DNA of 64,000 nt from a virus: positions 1 to 64,000 of IMG/VR virus record IMGVR_UViG_3300045919_000305; one strand, 5' to 3'. The translations under genes were made by a program, and so were the position numbers. Below, in pieces: positions 16,256-25,316 of the stretch. The notes beneath the pieces are model-generated. The model saw only the letters and a list, made by a program, of their open reading frames with translations. It made no database searches and was not told the origin of the DNA. Numbering within the stretch: the stretch's first letter is position 1; every line of letters begins with the position of its first letter.

Positions 16256-19200
16256 CTAATCCCCATTCTCGTCCCGCAATCGGTTCTGCTCATAGAGGTA
16301 CGTTAATCTAGGATTCACAGCGTACCCTCTAATCCCTTTTTCCTGCTTGTTTTTAGCCGTTCTAACCACCGATTTGTGGATGCTTTCATAAGTAACCGGC
16401 CAAGTTGGGTGTTTAGCCTGCCAACGCGCCAACTCTTCTTGAGGGACGGGTTCGCCGTTTGCGATCGCTTTTTGAACTTTGTTAACCAGTTTTTGCCGCG
16501 CATCGGAGATCGCAGCTTCCGCGGCTTTGTTATACCCGCGTTCAGCGTACAGCACTTCCATATTAGAGCTGCCCAATCCGATCGCTTGGAATAGCACTTC
16601 CATAGCGGAGGCGTCTTTCAGTTGCTCACCGTTCATGCTTTCGTAACCGTGTTGCGCTAAGCGGATAGCTTTCAGCCCGTCGCCCAAAGCTTTAGGCGTT
16701 GCACTCTCTACGCCGCGTAGTACTTCACCATCGGCCATCATTTTTGCACCGTCAGCGATCTTTTTAATCATACCGCCGAATGGTCCAGCCACTTGAGATA
16801 AGTATTCGGTAGCTGCGTCTTTGCCTTCCAGATCCTTCAAAGGCTCTTGGAAGAAGACATTGCTCAAGTTCATACGGGATGCCAAGTTAACAGGCGTTAA
16901 AGCGTTGCCCAGACCCTTGATCATCGCGGTAGCAAACGTTTCACCGCCCAACTCAGTTAACCCTACCCGTAATTCTTTTTCAATGTCCCACGGCTCATCA
17001 TCGTCGGATGCTGCATTGCCAATTACATTGATTACCATCGAGATTGCGCCCATCAACGGCATACCGAATAAACCAGCCGCCGCACCTTGCATGGCGAAGA
17101 GCGCCATTAACGATCTAGCCGCATTTTGTGCAGTTTCTTTGGCTTCCGCTTTGGCCGCTTTCTCTTCGTCCGTGGTTTCTGGCATTTTTTTCCAGCCTGA
17201 GAACGCATCTGCAGCGGTTTTCCCCCACAGATAAAGCATCGCCTGTGGGTACTTTTTATACTGCATGACCACACCGGCTACCGGTCCTCGGAAGATCCGA
17301 GCCGCGTTTTCAGTCGAGTAGTCCCCGTGTGCATCGTTGTTGACTTTACGAGCGTAATCCATAGCCGCTAAATGGTTGTTGATATCGCCTTGTAACGCTA
17401 AATCATAAGCCGCCATCAGGGTAATTTCACGGTTCATACGCTCGCCGTGGTGGAACATCCAGCCCATTTTTTTGTTAAATTCTTGCAATCGTCCGCCGTA
17501 ATCTTCCCCCTCACGGCCAATACCTAACACATCGAAGAAGTTGGTTCGAGAAACGTCCCCTTCTTCTTTGAAGTTTCGCAGGGCAGATAGCCTACTCCCT
17601 ATTCTATCCATTTCCGCCCGATCGCCGTTATGCGCTTGCAGGTAATCCAACCGCTGCCGCATGATAGTAGAGATCGACGAGTTGCCGTCTTCGTCACGGT
17701 AAAGGTACTCACCATTCGCGTCTTTTTTGTTAATTCCGATAACTGCCTTTAGGAATTCGTTACGTGTTTTGCCAAAAGCCTTAGCCGTTTCCTTAACGCC
17801 GTATTTTCCAGCAGTAATGGGCATGGCTACCACAGGGGTTTGGAATAAGTTCACTAAACCACTGGATAAACCAAAACCCATTGTCATAACGAAATCGAAC
17901 TGACGAATAGCCGAAGCGATTTGGTCCATACCCGTACTCGGCGTGTTTACCATCGCGTTGTAGGTTTTGGTTAATTCCTGCAAAACGTTGGCCGCTTTTT
18001 CCCGATCTTTAGGGGGGATTAATTTAGCCGCTTCGAGTGCTTGCGTGTTTTTGTCCTCAACTCGGTGCAGCGACTCCAGCACGTCCTCTGACGCACCGAA
18101 CTTGCGGCGTAGTTTGATAGCTTCTTCGTAGACTTGTTTCTCTTTCAGGTCGTCGGTTTCCGCCAATAGAGTTTCTAAGGCGTCCTCTTCGTTCAGTTCG
18201 TCCCAATTTGCTTGCAGCATGGCCGCAGCTTTAGTTTCGGCATCAACCTGATCGCGTAAAGAAGTTCTCGAAGCGATATCCAGCGCGCGTCTACCTTCGA
18301 CCAAGACTTGTGCCATTTCACGGCCCTCGGTCATGTTAGCAAGCTGAGAAGCGCCGTGGTGGATGGTATTGGCGAAAGCCCGCATCGCATCTTCATCGAA
18401 CCCTAATGTACCTTTACGGTGCATGGAGTTGTGACGCACGGATATGTCCGGCAAAGTAGCCAGATACATTTGGTGGATCTCGTCTTGCAGCGCTTTGGAA
18501 ATATCCGGAGCGATATCGGCACCCGCTATTTTAGAGTGGATATCCTTCAAGAAGTTATCAGATACCGCGTCACCTATTTGCGAGTTCTGGATATCACTCA
18601 GTGAAGTGCCTTGATCGTTTTCGTTGACCGTGCCGCCGTCTTTGATAAAAGCTTTTAACGCTCTGTCCCTAGCGGGAGTCGAACTGTAGGTTAGAAACCA
18701 CTTCTCGCCTTGCGCATCTTTGCCGTAAAACCAATGATCTCCATACCGTTTTAATGGCGCGTAATACCAGGACAACGATTGCGATTCGAACTTAGACCGA
18801 AGCTGAGCGATCAACGCCGCGCCGGTTTGAGCATCCAAGATAGACTCTTCGATTCGGTTTTCTAAAGCCTCTAGGCGCTGGTTGAATATCTCAGTGTGAA
18901 GCGCATAAGTACCCGCGTAAATGTCTTTAACCGAAGGGTGTTGGGCAAATAGCGTTTCGTAAGCCGGTCTTAAATGTGCGTAAGCCTGACGGCGTAAAAT
19001 GTTTGAATCTTTCCAGCCGTTGCTTGCGCGGATTTGTGTTTGCTTTTGATCAATCTCGCGTAATTTTGCCAAAAACTGCGCCGCCTTATCTTGCGAAGCA
19101 AACGTCGCTGAGTTCTTGTCAGAGAATAACGCGCCGGCGCTTTCTGCAGCCGCTTTGATGTAGCTTCGGCTCTGACCGTTAAATTCGGTCATTGAATAGG

Positions 19201-22200
19201 CTTTAAACCCGCTTGGGGTCGGCTCTACACCTAACCAATCTTTCGACACGTTGATATCTCGCAAGGTAGATTGCTGCATCAAGCGACCAGTTTCTTTGCG
19301 GGCAGGTACCGGCAAGGCTTTCCATTTGATCGAGGTCAACTGGTTTGCTTTGTGTAAATAAGGATCCACCATCGCGCGACGGCGTTGCATCGCTTCTTCG
19401 TAAGCTTTCAGCCCCGGCAGATATTTTTTAGCAATTTCTATAATCTGCCGAACAGACAGCACGGCCAATTTTTCTTTAGCCACAGTGTTTGAGAAGTCTT
19501 CAAAAGCGTTCAGCATTTCGACTGTAGTGGCTCGTGCTGCACCTTCTGGTAACTGCTCCACCGCTTCCCGGATACTGGTAGGGGCGCTAAACATCGGCAT
19601 CCCTTCTGAAAGTATTTTGGCTTTCATTTCGGGCGTGATGATCAGGGCAGGTTGGGACTTAAAACCTTTCTCTTCCAGTTCATATATTGATGAGCGCGCA
19701 TCAGCAGCGGCATCGTAATTCGGAAAATTACCAGATTTTCGGGTTTCCGTTTTCTTATCCGCTAAGTAGTAATCCCCAACCCCGTTAGATGTAGGCCCTT
19801 CCGCCAGAATGGTTATTTCTGGCCCCATACTTCCGGTAGATTTCACCCAACTGGATTTTATCTTCCCACCCATCTTCCGCGCAATCTCATTCGCCGCTTG
19901 GGTAATGAGTGCGGGTTTACCTTGAGCGTTTAAGCCGTTTTCATCGCCATACATAGCTTGCGTCCAATCACCGCCGACTTTTAGATCAAGGCCCGATAAC
20001 TCTTTGGCCACTGGTGAAACTTCACCCTCTGCTTCAAAACCTACCGATTCTTCAGTGCTCTGGCCCTCGTCGTTAAGTATCTTATCCGCTACCCCTTTGC
20101 CCAGGTACTCTTCGAGTTGTTCGGGTGTTTGATTAAATCGGGCGTCTCTATCGTTATCGTTTTTATCAAAGATAACGATATCAAATTTACCATCACGATT
20201 CACATACCGGATTCGATTAATGTGTTGGGATAAATCGTACCGATCCGCTTGTTGATCACCCGTTGTCCACGCTACCGAATCACTGCCGTTATCAATCGCT
20301 TGGCTGATGGCCTTTTTCATTAACAAAGAGATATAGGCGTTCGTTGCCTTGTTATTTGAATCCGTGACGAAGGGTGCGGGAGGAACACCGAACTCGGGCA
20401 ACCGTTCCAACCTTCGTATCTCATCTTGGATAACGACCCTTTCGGTTTGCAGCGTATCGAATTCCTCGTCCACATCATCGGGAAACCTGAGCGCCAATTC
20501 GCGTACACGCTTGTGTAATTCTTGATTTCTATTTTTCAACTCGACGAGCTTCAGCTCTTCGGTATTCGTTAAGGGGCGATTAAACCCCGATTTCCGTCCC
20601 GCTTGACTTCGTTGCGACTGCACTTCTTCAAGGAACAAGACTTTATTACCGTTCGCATCAATTCGGGTATTGTGTCGAATCCAGCCAATTTGCTTTCCTT
20701 GCCCAACATCACCAAAATGCGTTGTATCGTGTTGGTTATGGGGTTCTGTAGTCGGAATTGTAACGACGAGTTCTCGGTAATCTGTGCCGCCGGGTAGGGT
20801 AAGTTGCGCGGAATTGTGCTTGGCTTCTGTAAATTCCGCATTTGTAGATACGTTGTGAAATTCATCGATAGCATCGAGCCATTTTTTCGCTTGCCCTTGA
20901 AACTTTTCTGGGAGGTCATACGACTCTAAATCCCCGTCCTCCAAAGCGTAATACAGGTCATCATCAAAATATTCTTTACCGTGTATCTGTAACGGTAGAT
21001 TTTCTTTTCTAATTCCGTCAAAAAGTTCTTTCGCATACCCATCGGCTTCCGCTTTGAGCGCTTGCTTCCGCTCTTCTGGAGAAATCCCACCCAACATCAC
21101 ATCCTCAACCTTCACGCCATTAGCGTCCAGAAATTCACTAACTTGTGCCCGTGTAACTTTACCAGAAAGCGAATCTAACCAATCGGTAATCCCCGACCAG
21201 TAAATTTCATCTTTCTTTACGTCAAATCTAGGCGCGTTGGCTACCAGCCAGACTTTAACTTGTTGCGCATTGCCGAATACCTTTTCCGGTGCCTTTTCAA
21301 TCGCTTTGCTTAAAGCAGAATAGAAGCGCGGTGCGGGTTCTGAAGTTTGCGCACTAAACATCGGTGCTGCTTCAATATCCGCAGCACTAAAAGGGCTAGA
21401 TTGGATTCCACGACCTGTTCGCCCCTCGGTTTCTTCCGCAGTCCGTTGACCTTCCCAAAGCGGCACCCCACCCCAACGTTTAGTATTGAGTGCAGGCACA
21501 ATTGAAACTACAGAATAAACTTGGCCGCCGTTTAAAGCGTCTTTCTGCTTGCTGACAATTAAAGCTTGTTGTAGCCTTGAAGATCGGAACACATAGTGCC
21601 CTCGGTCTTGGAATATTTGATCAAAGCCTTTAGCAATTGAGGAAACGTGACGTGCGTAATTTTCCGCAACTTCGCCGGTGTAGCCCGGAACCATCCGGCG
21701 GTCGCCTTCCCGTACCGCGTTATCGTGAATGTGCGTAATGCCAAAACCTTTATGCTCGGCAGTCGCTTTACCGACGCGTAATTTAATCGGTAAACGCTCA
21801 ACGCCTTTAGCTACGGCACTAGCCGGAGTCATGGCGATAGCACCGTTCATATTGCCTTCGTAAGCTGGTGTTTCAGGAACGATGAAATCTTCAACCGATT
21901 TACGGATACCGTGCAGACGACGGGACTCCATGACTTCACTATTAAATTCGCGTGGGGCGTTTAAATCCGTTTTTATTGCGGATTGCAGACTCGCTTTTAG
22001 CAAATCGTGTAAATCGTTTTCCGTCATGGTACCCGCGATAAAGCTGCGGCCTAATCCATGAGCGACCAAGAATGATTTGATTTGGGATAATAGGCGTTTA
22101 AACCAACCCGCTTGCGGTGCGTATTCACCTAATTTAGCGATAACTTCCGCGATAAACGGCTCGCTACCTTCGCCCATGTGCGCATAAGGTTTGTTGCCAT

Positions 22201-25200
22201 TGGCGTCAGTGCCATTCAGCACTTTATTCCATGTCAGATTAGCCAGCGATCCGGGGATCTTGGCTTGATTAGTGATTTGGTTTTGCAGCGCTTGGTAGGC
22301 TTTCGTGCCCAGCATCCGACGAAGGTTGAAATGCTCCCCGATCTCGTGCAGAACTACAGCATTCAATCGTTTTTTGGGGATCGCGTTAATATCAAGAAAC
22401 GCCTTCCCCTTTAAATAAACTGCTTCTGCAGCCGAATATTTTTCCGGATTGACTGGCCAGCCTTCTTTGCCTTGGGTGAAATTCAGCACGCCGCTTTCTA
22501 CTAAACGGGCTAACCCTGGGCCGTACGCTTCGCCTAAATGCGCGATCGCTTCTTCAGGTGAGTTAAAACGGTCGTTTAGTTGTTGCTGAACGTCCGGTTC
22601 TTTAAGTAACGCTTCCGCTATTTTGGATTGCGTTGTCTCAACAGGCCCTGCGTTAGTAGTTGTTGCTCCAGCTCCGCCTCTTTTTCGTCGTGGTGCCTTT
22701 TCAGCTCTAGGAGGCGCTTGCGGTGCTGCCCCATTATCCTCGCTGGTTGGTCGGCTAACTCCGACATCCCCAGCCGTTCCAGTCTCGTTTCGTCTGACAT
22801 ACTCTTCGCCTCGTTTACCAGCGTCAAGTTCCCGGCTGGATCGTTCAAAAATAGTGGATAGCTCTGTTCCGGGTATTATAGGGCTTTGGCCTAGGTAAAG
22901 GCCAACTCCATTTGGCTTTTCAGCTCCAGGCTTAGATTTCGGGTGCGCTATTTGGTCTAAACCCGTTTGTTTAGTGTATTCCGCGACGCGTTGCTTAGCA
23001 TTCTGCATCGCTTGGTTTATAGACGCATCTGACCCACCAGTGATCACCGCACTCAGCTCATCGCCGCCATGCCGTATTAATACCGCGTTGCTACCGGCTT
23101 TCTGCATTTCGTCGGCAAAAATGTCACTAATGTCGCGGAATACCGGATTCGCTATCGCGTGGTTGTTGTTAAAATGCGAGTTCAAACCACCTAAATTAGC
23201 AATATCCGCATCGACAAAGTGAGCCGTTTCGCCGGTATCCGCAACGTGTTTCATCACCGCTTCAATGGTGGGTTCCTTATCGTGCGGTAAATGGAAACCC
23301 GTAACAGCGTCCATGTCTTCTTTAGGAACGATTTTTTCTAGTGCCGCTTCATCCGTAAGCCCCGCATCACGGGCAAGCTGCCGGCGTTCCGCTACCCGCT
23401 TTTCGCTAGGTGACATGAAATCCGTCTGCCTGCGATCTTGAGGGGAGCGTTCGGTTATTTCTTGCCCTTCTTGCGATGGTTGTTCTTGCGGGGTTGCGTT
23501 CTGGCTTTGGTCATTTAGTTGCTCTGGTTGTAGTGAGGATGTTTCGGATGGTGCTTGTTCAATATTCCCGTTCCCTTGTCCGCTTGGTTCCACTCCGCTG
23601 CTGTCGATTGTGGGATTTCCACCCGCTTTGCGAATTCCGGGTTGTGCGCTGCCGCCGCCATCAGACGGGCTTGGGCTGGACTCTTGGAGGGCGTTTTGGT
23701 TCTCCGTTAATTGCGCTCGGCGTTCACGCTCGGCGGTAATTAGTTGTTTCTGTTCGCTAGTTGCGGCCCGCTGACGGAATAAATTAGTTAGCGCAGCATC
23801 GTCCAAAGTCTGTATGGTAGTTTGGAAAGCTTCAGATTGCGGTTGGGTAATTCCGGCATCTAGGGCGGCGTTGGCTGCCCTGTTCAAAACACCATCGGGT
23901 GCAGCGGCTAACTGCTCTTTAATGGGGGCAGCGGCAGCCTCTGACGCCGCTTGTATTTGCTCTTCAGGCGTCGGTGGTGTTCTGGAAGCGATGTGCATTT
24001 CCATTGCGTCCAACACGGTTTGGGCCGAATCCCCAGGTTTAGTCGGGATTTCCAATTTCGCGGCAGCATCGGCTAATCGTTTAGTAACGACTTGACCTAA
24101 TCCAACAGAACTATACGCTTTCTTATAGTTATCTATAAAGTTTTGACTTTCATCAAGAACGGCTTGCTCGTGCTCGTCCGGAGGCTGAAAACCCTGTTCT
24201 TCTTGGGCGCCCGGTAATACTTCCGCCGCCGGTGTTTCTGATTCTTGCGGCATATAATCCGCCAACATCGTATCGATATCCGCAGGTTCTGCAGGCAAGT
24301 TACGTTGCTGCTCAATGATCGCTTGTTCTTCAGGGGTTGTTTCAGGCGTTACGGGTTGCGCATGGGTTAAAGCGCCTGTCGGTGCGCCCATACCAAAACC
24401 AGCTACCGCGCCAAGGGCTGCGGCATTGCCTACCCCTTCCATCGCATCTTTACCCAAAGCGACGTTAGAAGCCGCCTGTTCTTGGCCGGATTGCGCAGTT
24501 TCTTGTGCTGCTTCGACTCCGCCCCCTTCCAAAGCTCGGCGTGCGGCGTTCTTAGTAGTCGGTGCAATGGCGTTTTGGCCGCCGATTAGCGCGGTGTTTA
24601 CGTCCCCGACGCCTAATTTATTGGCTATTTTTCCGAAACCGCCCGTAATTGCGCCCGTTGCGGCACCGCTTCCCGCTAAAATTGCGGTCTGCTCCGGGGT
24701 TAATAAACCGTTTTCCGTTTGTTGCCGCACTTGTTCGACGTTTTGCCCTGCCGTTACGCCACCTTCGCCAATTGCGCCAGCGGCTAGGGGACTCAATGCG
24801 GGCGCCGCTTTCATCACGCCTTTAGCAATGCCCGCACCGCCTAACATACTCGGTGCGGATTCTAAAATCGTGTGGCCAGCAACGGAGGGGTTTTCTGCGA
24901 CGGCTTTTAGTGTAGGGACAAAACCCTCAGCATTTTGAACGTTTTCAAAAGCTTGTTTCTGTGCGGGGGAATAATTTTCGGAAAGAATATCTTTAGCGCG
25001 TTTAAAATCGACCCCATTTTCTTGCAACGCTTTACCAACACGTCCGCCGGTAGGGATATCCGCTAAACCGACTGCGGTTTCTGGAACTCCAATAGCGCCT
25101 TTGAGTGCGGTAATCCCAACGTCTTTGGCACGATCCCCGAAGGATGTTTCAGGGGCAGGTTGCTCGGGTTTCGGTAAGTAATCCGCCAAAATCGTATCAA

Positions 25201-25270
25201 CATCAGGGGCTTGATCTTTTGGCATATAATCAGCCAACATAGAATCGATATCTGGTGCGGTATCCGCCAT
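16256..25270 (-). CDS. 3004-aa polyvalent-type virion/ejection protein
   Basis: Single uninterrupted 9-kb ORF ending the late operon. Gly/Ala-rich hydrophobic N-region, GGDEF-like module (aa about 652-800), PLKRYG (PLxRFG-type) motif at nt 18740-18757, hydrophobic segments near the C-terminus. Confidence 0.7.
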   Translation of the reverse strand: MADTAPDIDSMLADYMPKDQAPDVDTILADYLPKPEQPAPETSFGDRAKDVGITALKGAIGVPETAVGLADIPTGGRVGKALQENGVDFKRAKDILSENYSPAQKQAFENVQNAEGFVPTLKAVAENPSVAGHTILESAPSMLGGAGIAKGVMKAAPALSPLAAGAIGEGGVTAGQNVEQVRQQTENGLLTPEQTAILAGSGAATGAITGGFGKIANKLGVGDVNTALIGGQNAIAPTTKNAARRALEGGGVEAAQETAQSGQEQAASNVALGKDAMEGVGNAAALGAVAGFGMGAPTGALTHAQPVTPETTPEEQAIIEQQRNLPAEPADIDTMLADYMPQESETPAAEVLPGAQEEQGFQPPDEHEQAVLDESQNFIDNYKKAYSSVGLGQVVTKRLADAAAKLEIPTKPGDSAQTVLDAMEMHIASRTPPTPEEQIQAASEAAAAPIKEQLAAAPDGVLNRAANAALDAGITQPQSEAFQTTIQTLDDAALTNLFRQRAATSEQKQLITAERERRAQLTENQNALQESSPSPSDGGGSAQPGIRKAGGNPTIDSSGVEPSGQGNGNIEQAPSETSSLQPEQLNDQSQNATPQEQPSQEGQEITERSPQDRRQTDFMSPSEKRVAERRQLARDAGLTDEAALEKIVPKEDMDAVTGFHLPHDKEPTIEAVMKHVADTGETAHFVDADIANLGGLNSHFNNNHAIANPVFRDISDIFADEMQKAGSNAVLIRHGGDELSAVITGGSDASINQAMQNAKQRVAEYTKQTGLDQIAHPKSKPGAEKPNGVGLYLGQSPIIPGTELSTIFERSSRELDAGKRGEEYVRRNETGTAGDVGVSRPTSEDNGAAPQAPPRAEKAPRRKRGGAGATTTNAGPVETTQSKIAEALLKEPDVQQQLNDRFNSPEEAIAHLGEAYGPGLARLVESGVLNFTQGKEGWPVNPEKYSAAEAVYLKGKAFLDINAIPKKRLNAVVLHEIGEHFNLRRMLGTKAYQALQNQITNQAKIPGSLANLTWNKVLNGTDANGNKPYAHMGEGSEPFIAEVIAKLGEYAPQAGWFKRLLSQIKSFLVAHGLGRSFIAGTMTENDLHDLLKASLQSAIKTDLNAPREFNSEVMESRRLHGIRKSVEDFIVPETPAYEGNMNGAIAMTPASAVAKGVERLPIKLRVGKATAEHKGFGITHIHDNAVREGDRRMVPGYTGEVAENYARHVSSIAKGFDQIFQDRGHYVFRSSRLQQALIVSKQKDALNGGQVYSVVSIVPALNTKRWGGVPLWEGQRTAEETEGRTGRGIQSSPFSAADIEAAPMFSAQTSEPAPRFYSALSKAIEKAPEKVFGNAQQVKVWLVANAPRFDVKKDEIYWSGITDWLDSLSGKVTRAQVSEFLDANGVKVEDVMLGGISPEERKQALKAEADGYAKELFDGIRKENLPLQIHGKEYFDDDLYYALEDGDLESYDLPEKFQGQAKKWLDAIDEFHNVSTNAEFTEAKHNSAQLTLPGGTDYRELVVTIPTTEPHNQHDTTHFGDVGQGKQIGWIRHNTRIDANGNKVLFLEEVQSQRSQAGRKSGFNRPLTNTEELKLVELKNRNQELHKRVRELALRFPDDVDEEFDTLQTERVVIQDEIRRLERLPEFGVPPAPFVTDSNNKATNAYISLLMKKAISQAIDNGSDSVAWTTGDQQADRYDLSQHINRIRYVNRDGKFDIVIFDKNDNDRDARFNQTPEQLEEYLGKGVADKILNDEGQSTEESVGFEAEGEVSPVAKELSGLDLKVGGDWTQAMYGDENGLNAQGKPALITQAANEIARKMGGKIKSSWVKSTGSMGPEITILAEGPTSNGVGDYYLADKKTETRKSGNFPNYDAAADARSSIYELEEKGFKSQPALIITPEMKAKILSEGMPMFSAPTSIREAVEQLPEGAARATTVEMLNAFEDFSNTVAKEKLAVLSVRQIIEIAKKYLPGLKAYEEAMQRRRAMVDPYLHKANQLTSIKWKALPVPARKETGRLMQQSTLRDINVSKDWLGVEPTPSGFKAYSMTEFNGQSRSYIKAAAESAGALFSDKNSATFASQDKAAQFLAKLREIDQKQTQIRASNGWKDSNILRRQAYAHLRPAYETLFAQHPSVKDIYAGTYALHTEIFNQRLEALENRIEESILDAQTGAALIAQLRSKFESQSLSWYYAPLKRYGDHWFYGKDAQGEKWFLTYSSTPARDRALKAFIKDGGTVNENDQGTSLSDIQNSQIGDAVSDNFLKDIHSKIAGADIAPDISKALQDEIHQMYLATLPDISVRHNSMHRKGTLGFDEDAMRAFANTIHHGASQLANMTEGREMAQVLVEGRRALDIASRTSLRDQVDAETKAAAMLQANWDELNEEDALETLLAETDDLKEKQVYEEAIKLRRKFGASEDVLESLHRVEDKNTQALEAAKLIPPKDREKAANVLQELTKTYNAMVNTPSTGMDQIASAIRQFDFVMTMGFGLSSGLVNLFQTPVVAMPITAGKYGVKETAKAFGKTRNEFLKAVIGINKKDANGEYLYRDEDGNSSISTIMRQRLDYLQAHNGDRAEMDRIGSRLSALRNFKEEGDVSRTNFFDVLGIGREGEDYGGRLQEFNKKMGWMFHHGERMNREITLMAAYDLALQGDINNHLAAMDYARKVNNDAHGDYSTENAARIFRGPVAGVVMQYKKYPQAMLYLWGKTAADAFSGWKKMPETTDEEKAAKAEAKETAQNAARSLMALFAMQGAAAGLFGMPLMGAISMVINVIGNAASDDDEPWDIEKELRVGLTELGGETFATAMIKGLGNALTPVNLASRMNLSNVFFQEPLKDLEGKDAATEYLSQVAGPFGGMIKKIADGAKMMADGEVLRGVESATPKALGDGLKAIRLAQHGYESMNGEQLKDASAMEVLFQAIGLGSSNMEVLYAERGYNKAAEAAISDARQKLVNKVQKAIANGEPVPQEELARWQAKHPTWPVTYESIHKSVVRTAKNKQEKGIRGYAVNPRLTYLYEQNRLRDENGD

Positions 25271-25300
25271 GTACTTTCCTTTGGGTGGGGTTATTCTGAC

Positions 25301-25308
25301 ATTATAGC
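25301..25308 (-). promoter_or_regulatory. GCTATAAT box upstream of the 3004-aa gene
   Basis: Minus strand GGCTATAAT-N14-ACCCAAAGGAAAGTACATG in the 46-nt intergenic gap. Confidence 0.35.
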
Positions 25309-25316
25309 CTATGCCG

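Noticed and set aside
22300-22420. VVLHEIGEHF in the giant protein as a zincin HExxH metallopeptidase site
   Set aside because: The spacing is H-E-x-x-x-H, not HExxH, and I see no downstream third ligand motif. It is kept only as something for a profile search to test.
16315-24938. Many 60-207-aa ORFs on both strands inside the 9-kb giant gene (e.g. 24315-24938, 16821-17234, 22623-22898)
   Set aside because: All lie within one uninterrupted 3004-codon ORF. They are low-complexity Ala/Pro/Ser/Arg-rich, lack start contexts, and are expected by chance in a long GC3-biased gene.
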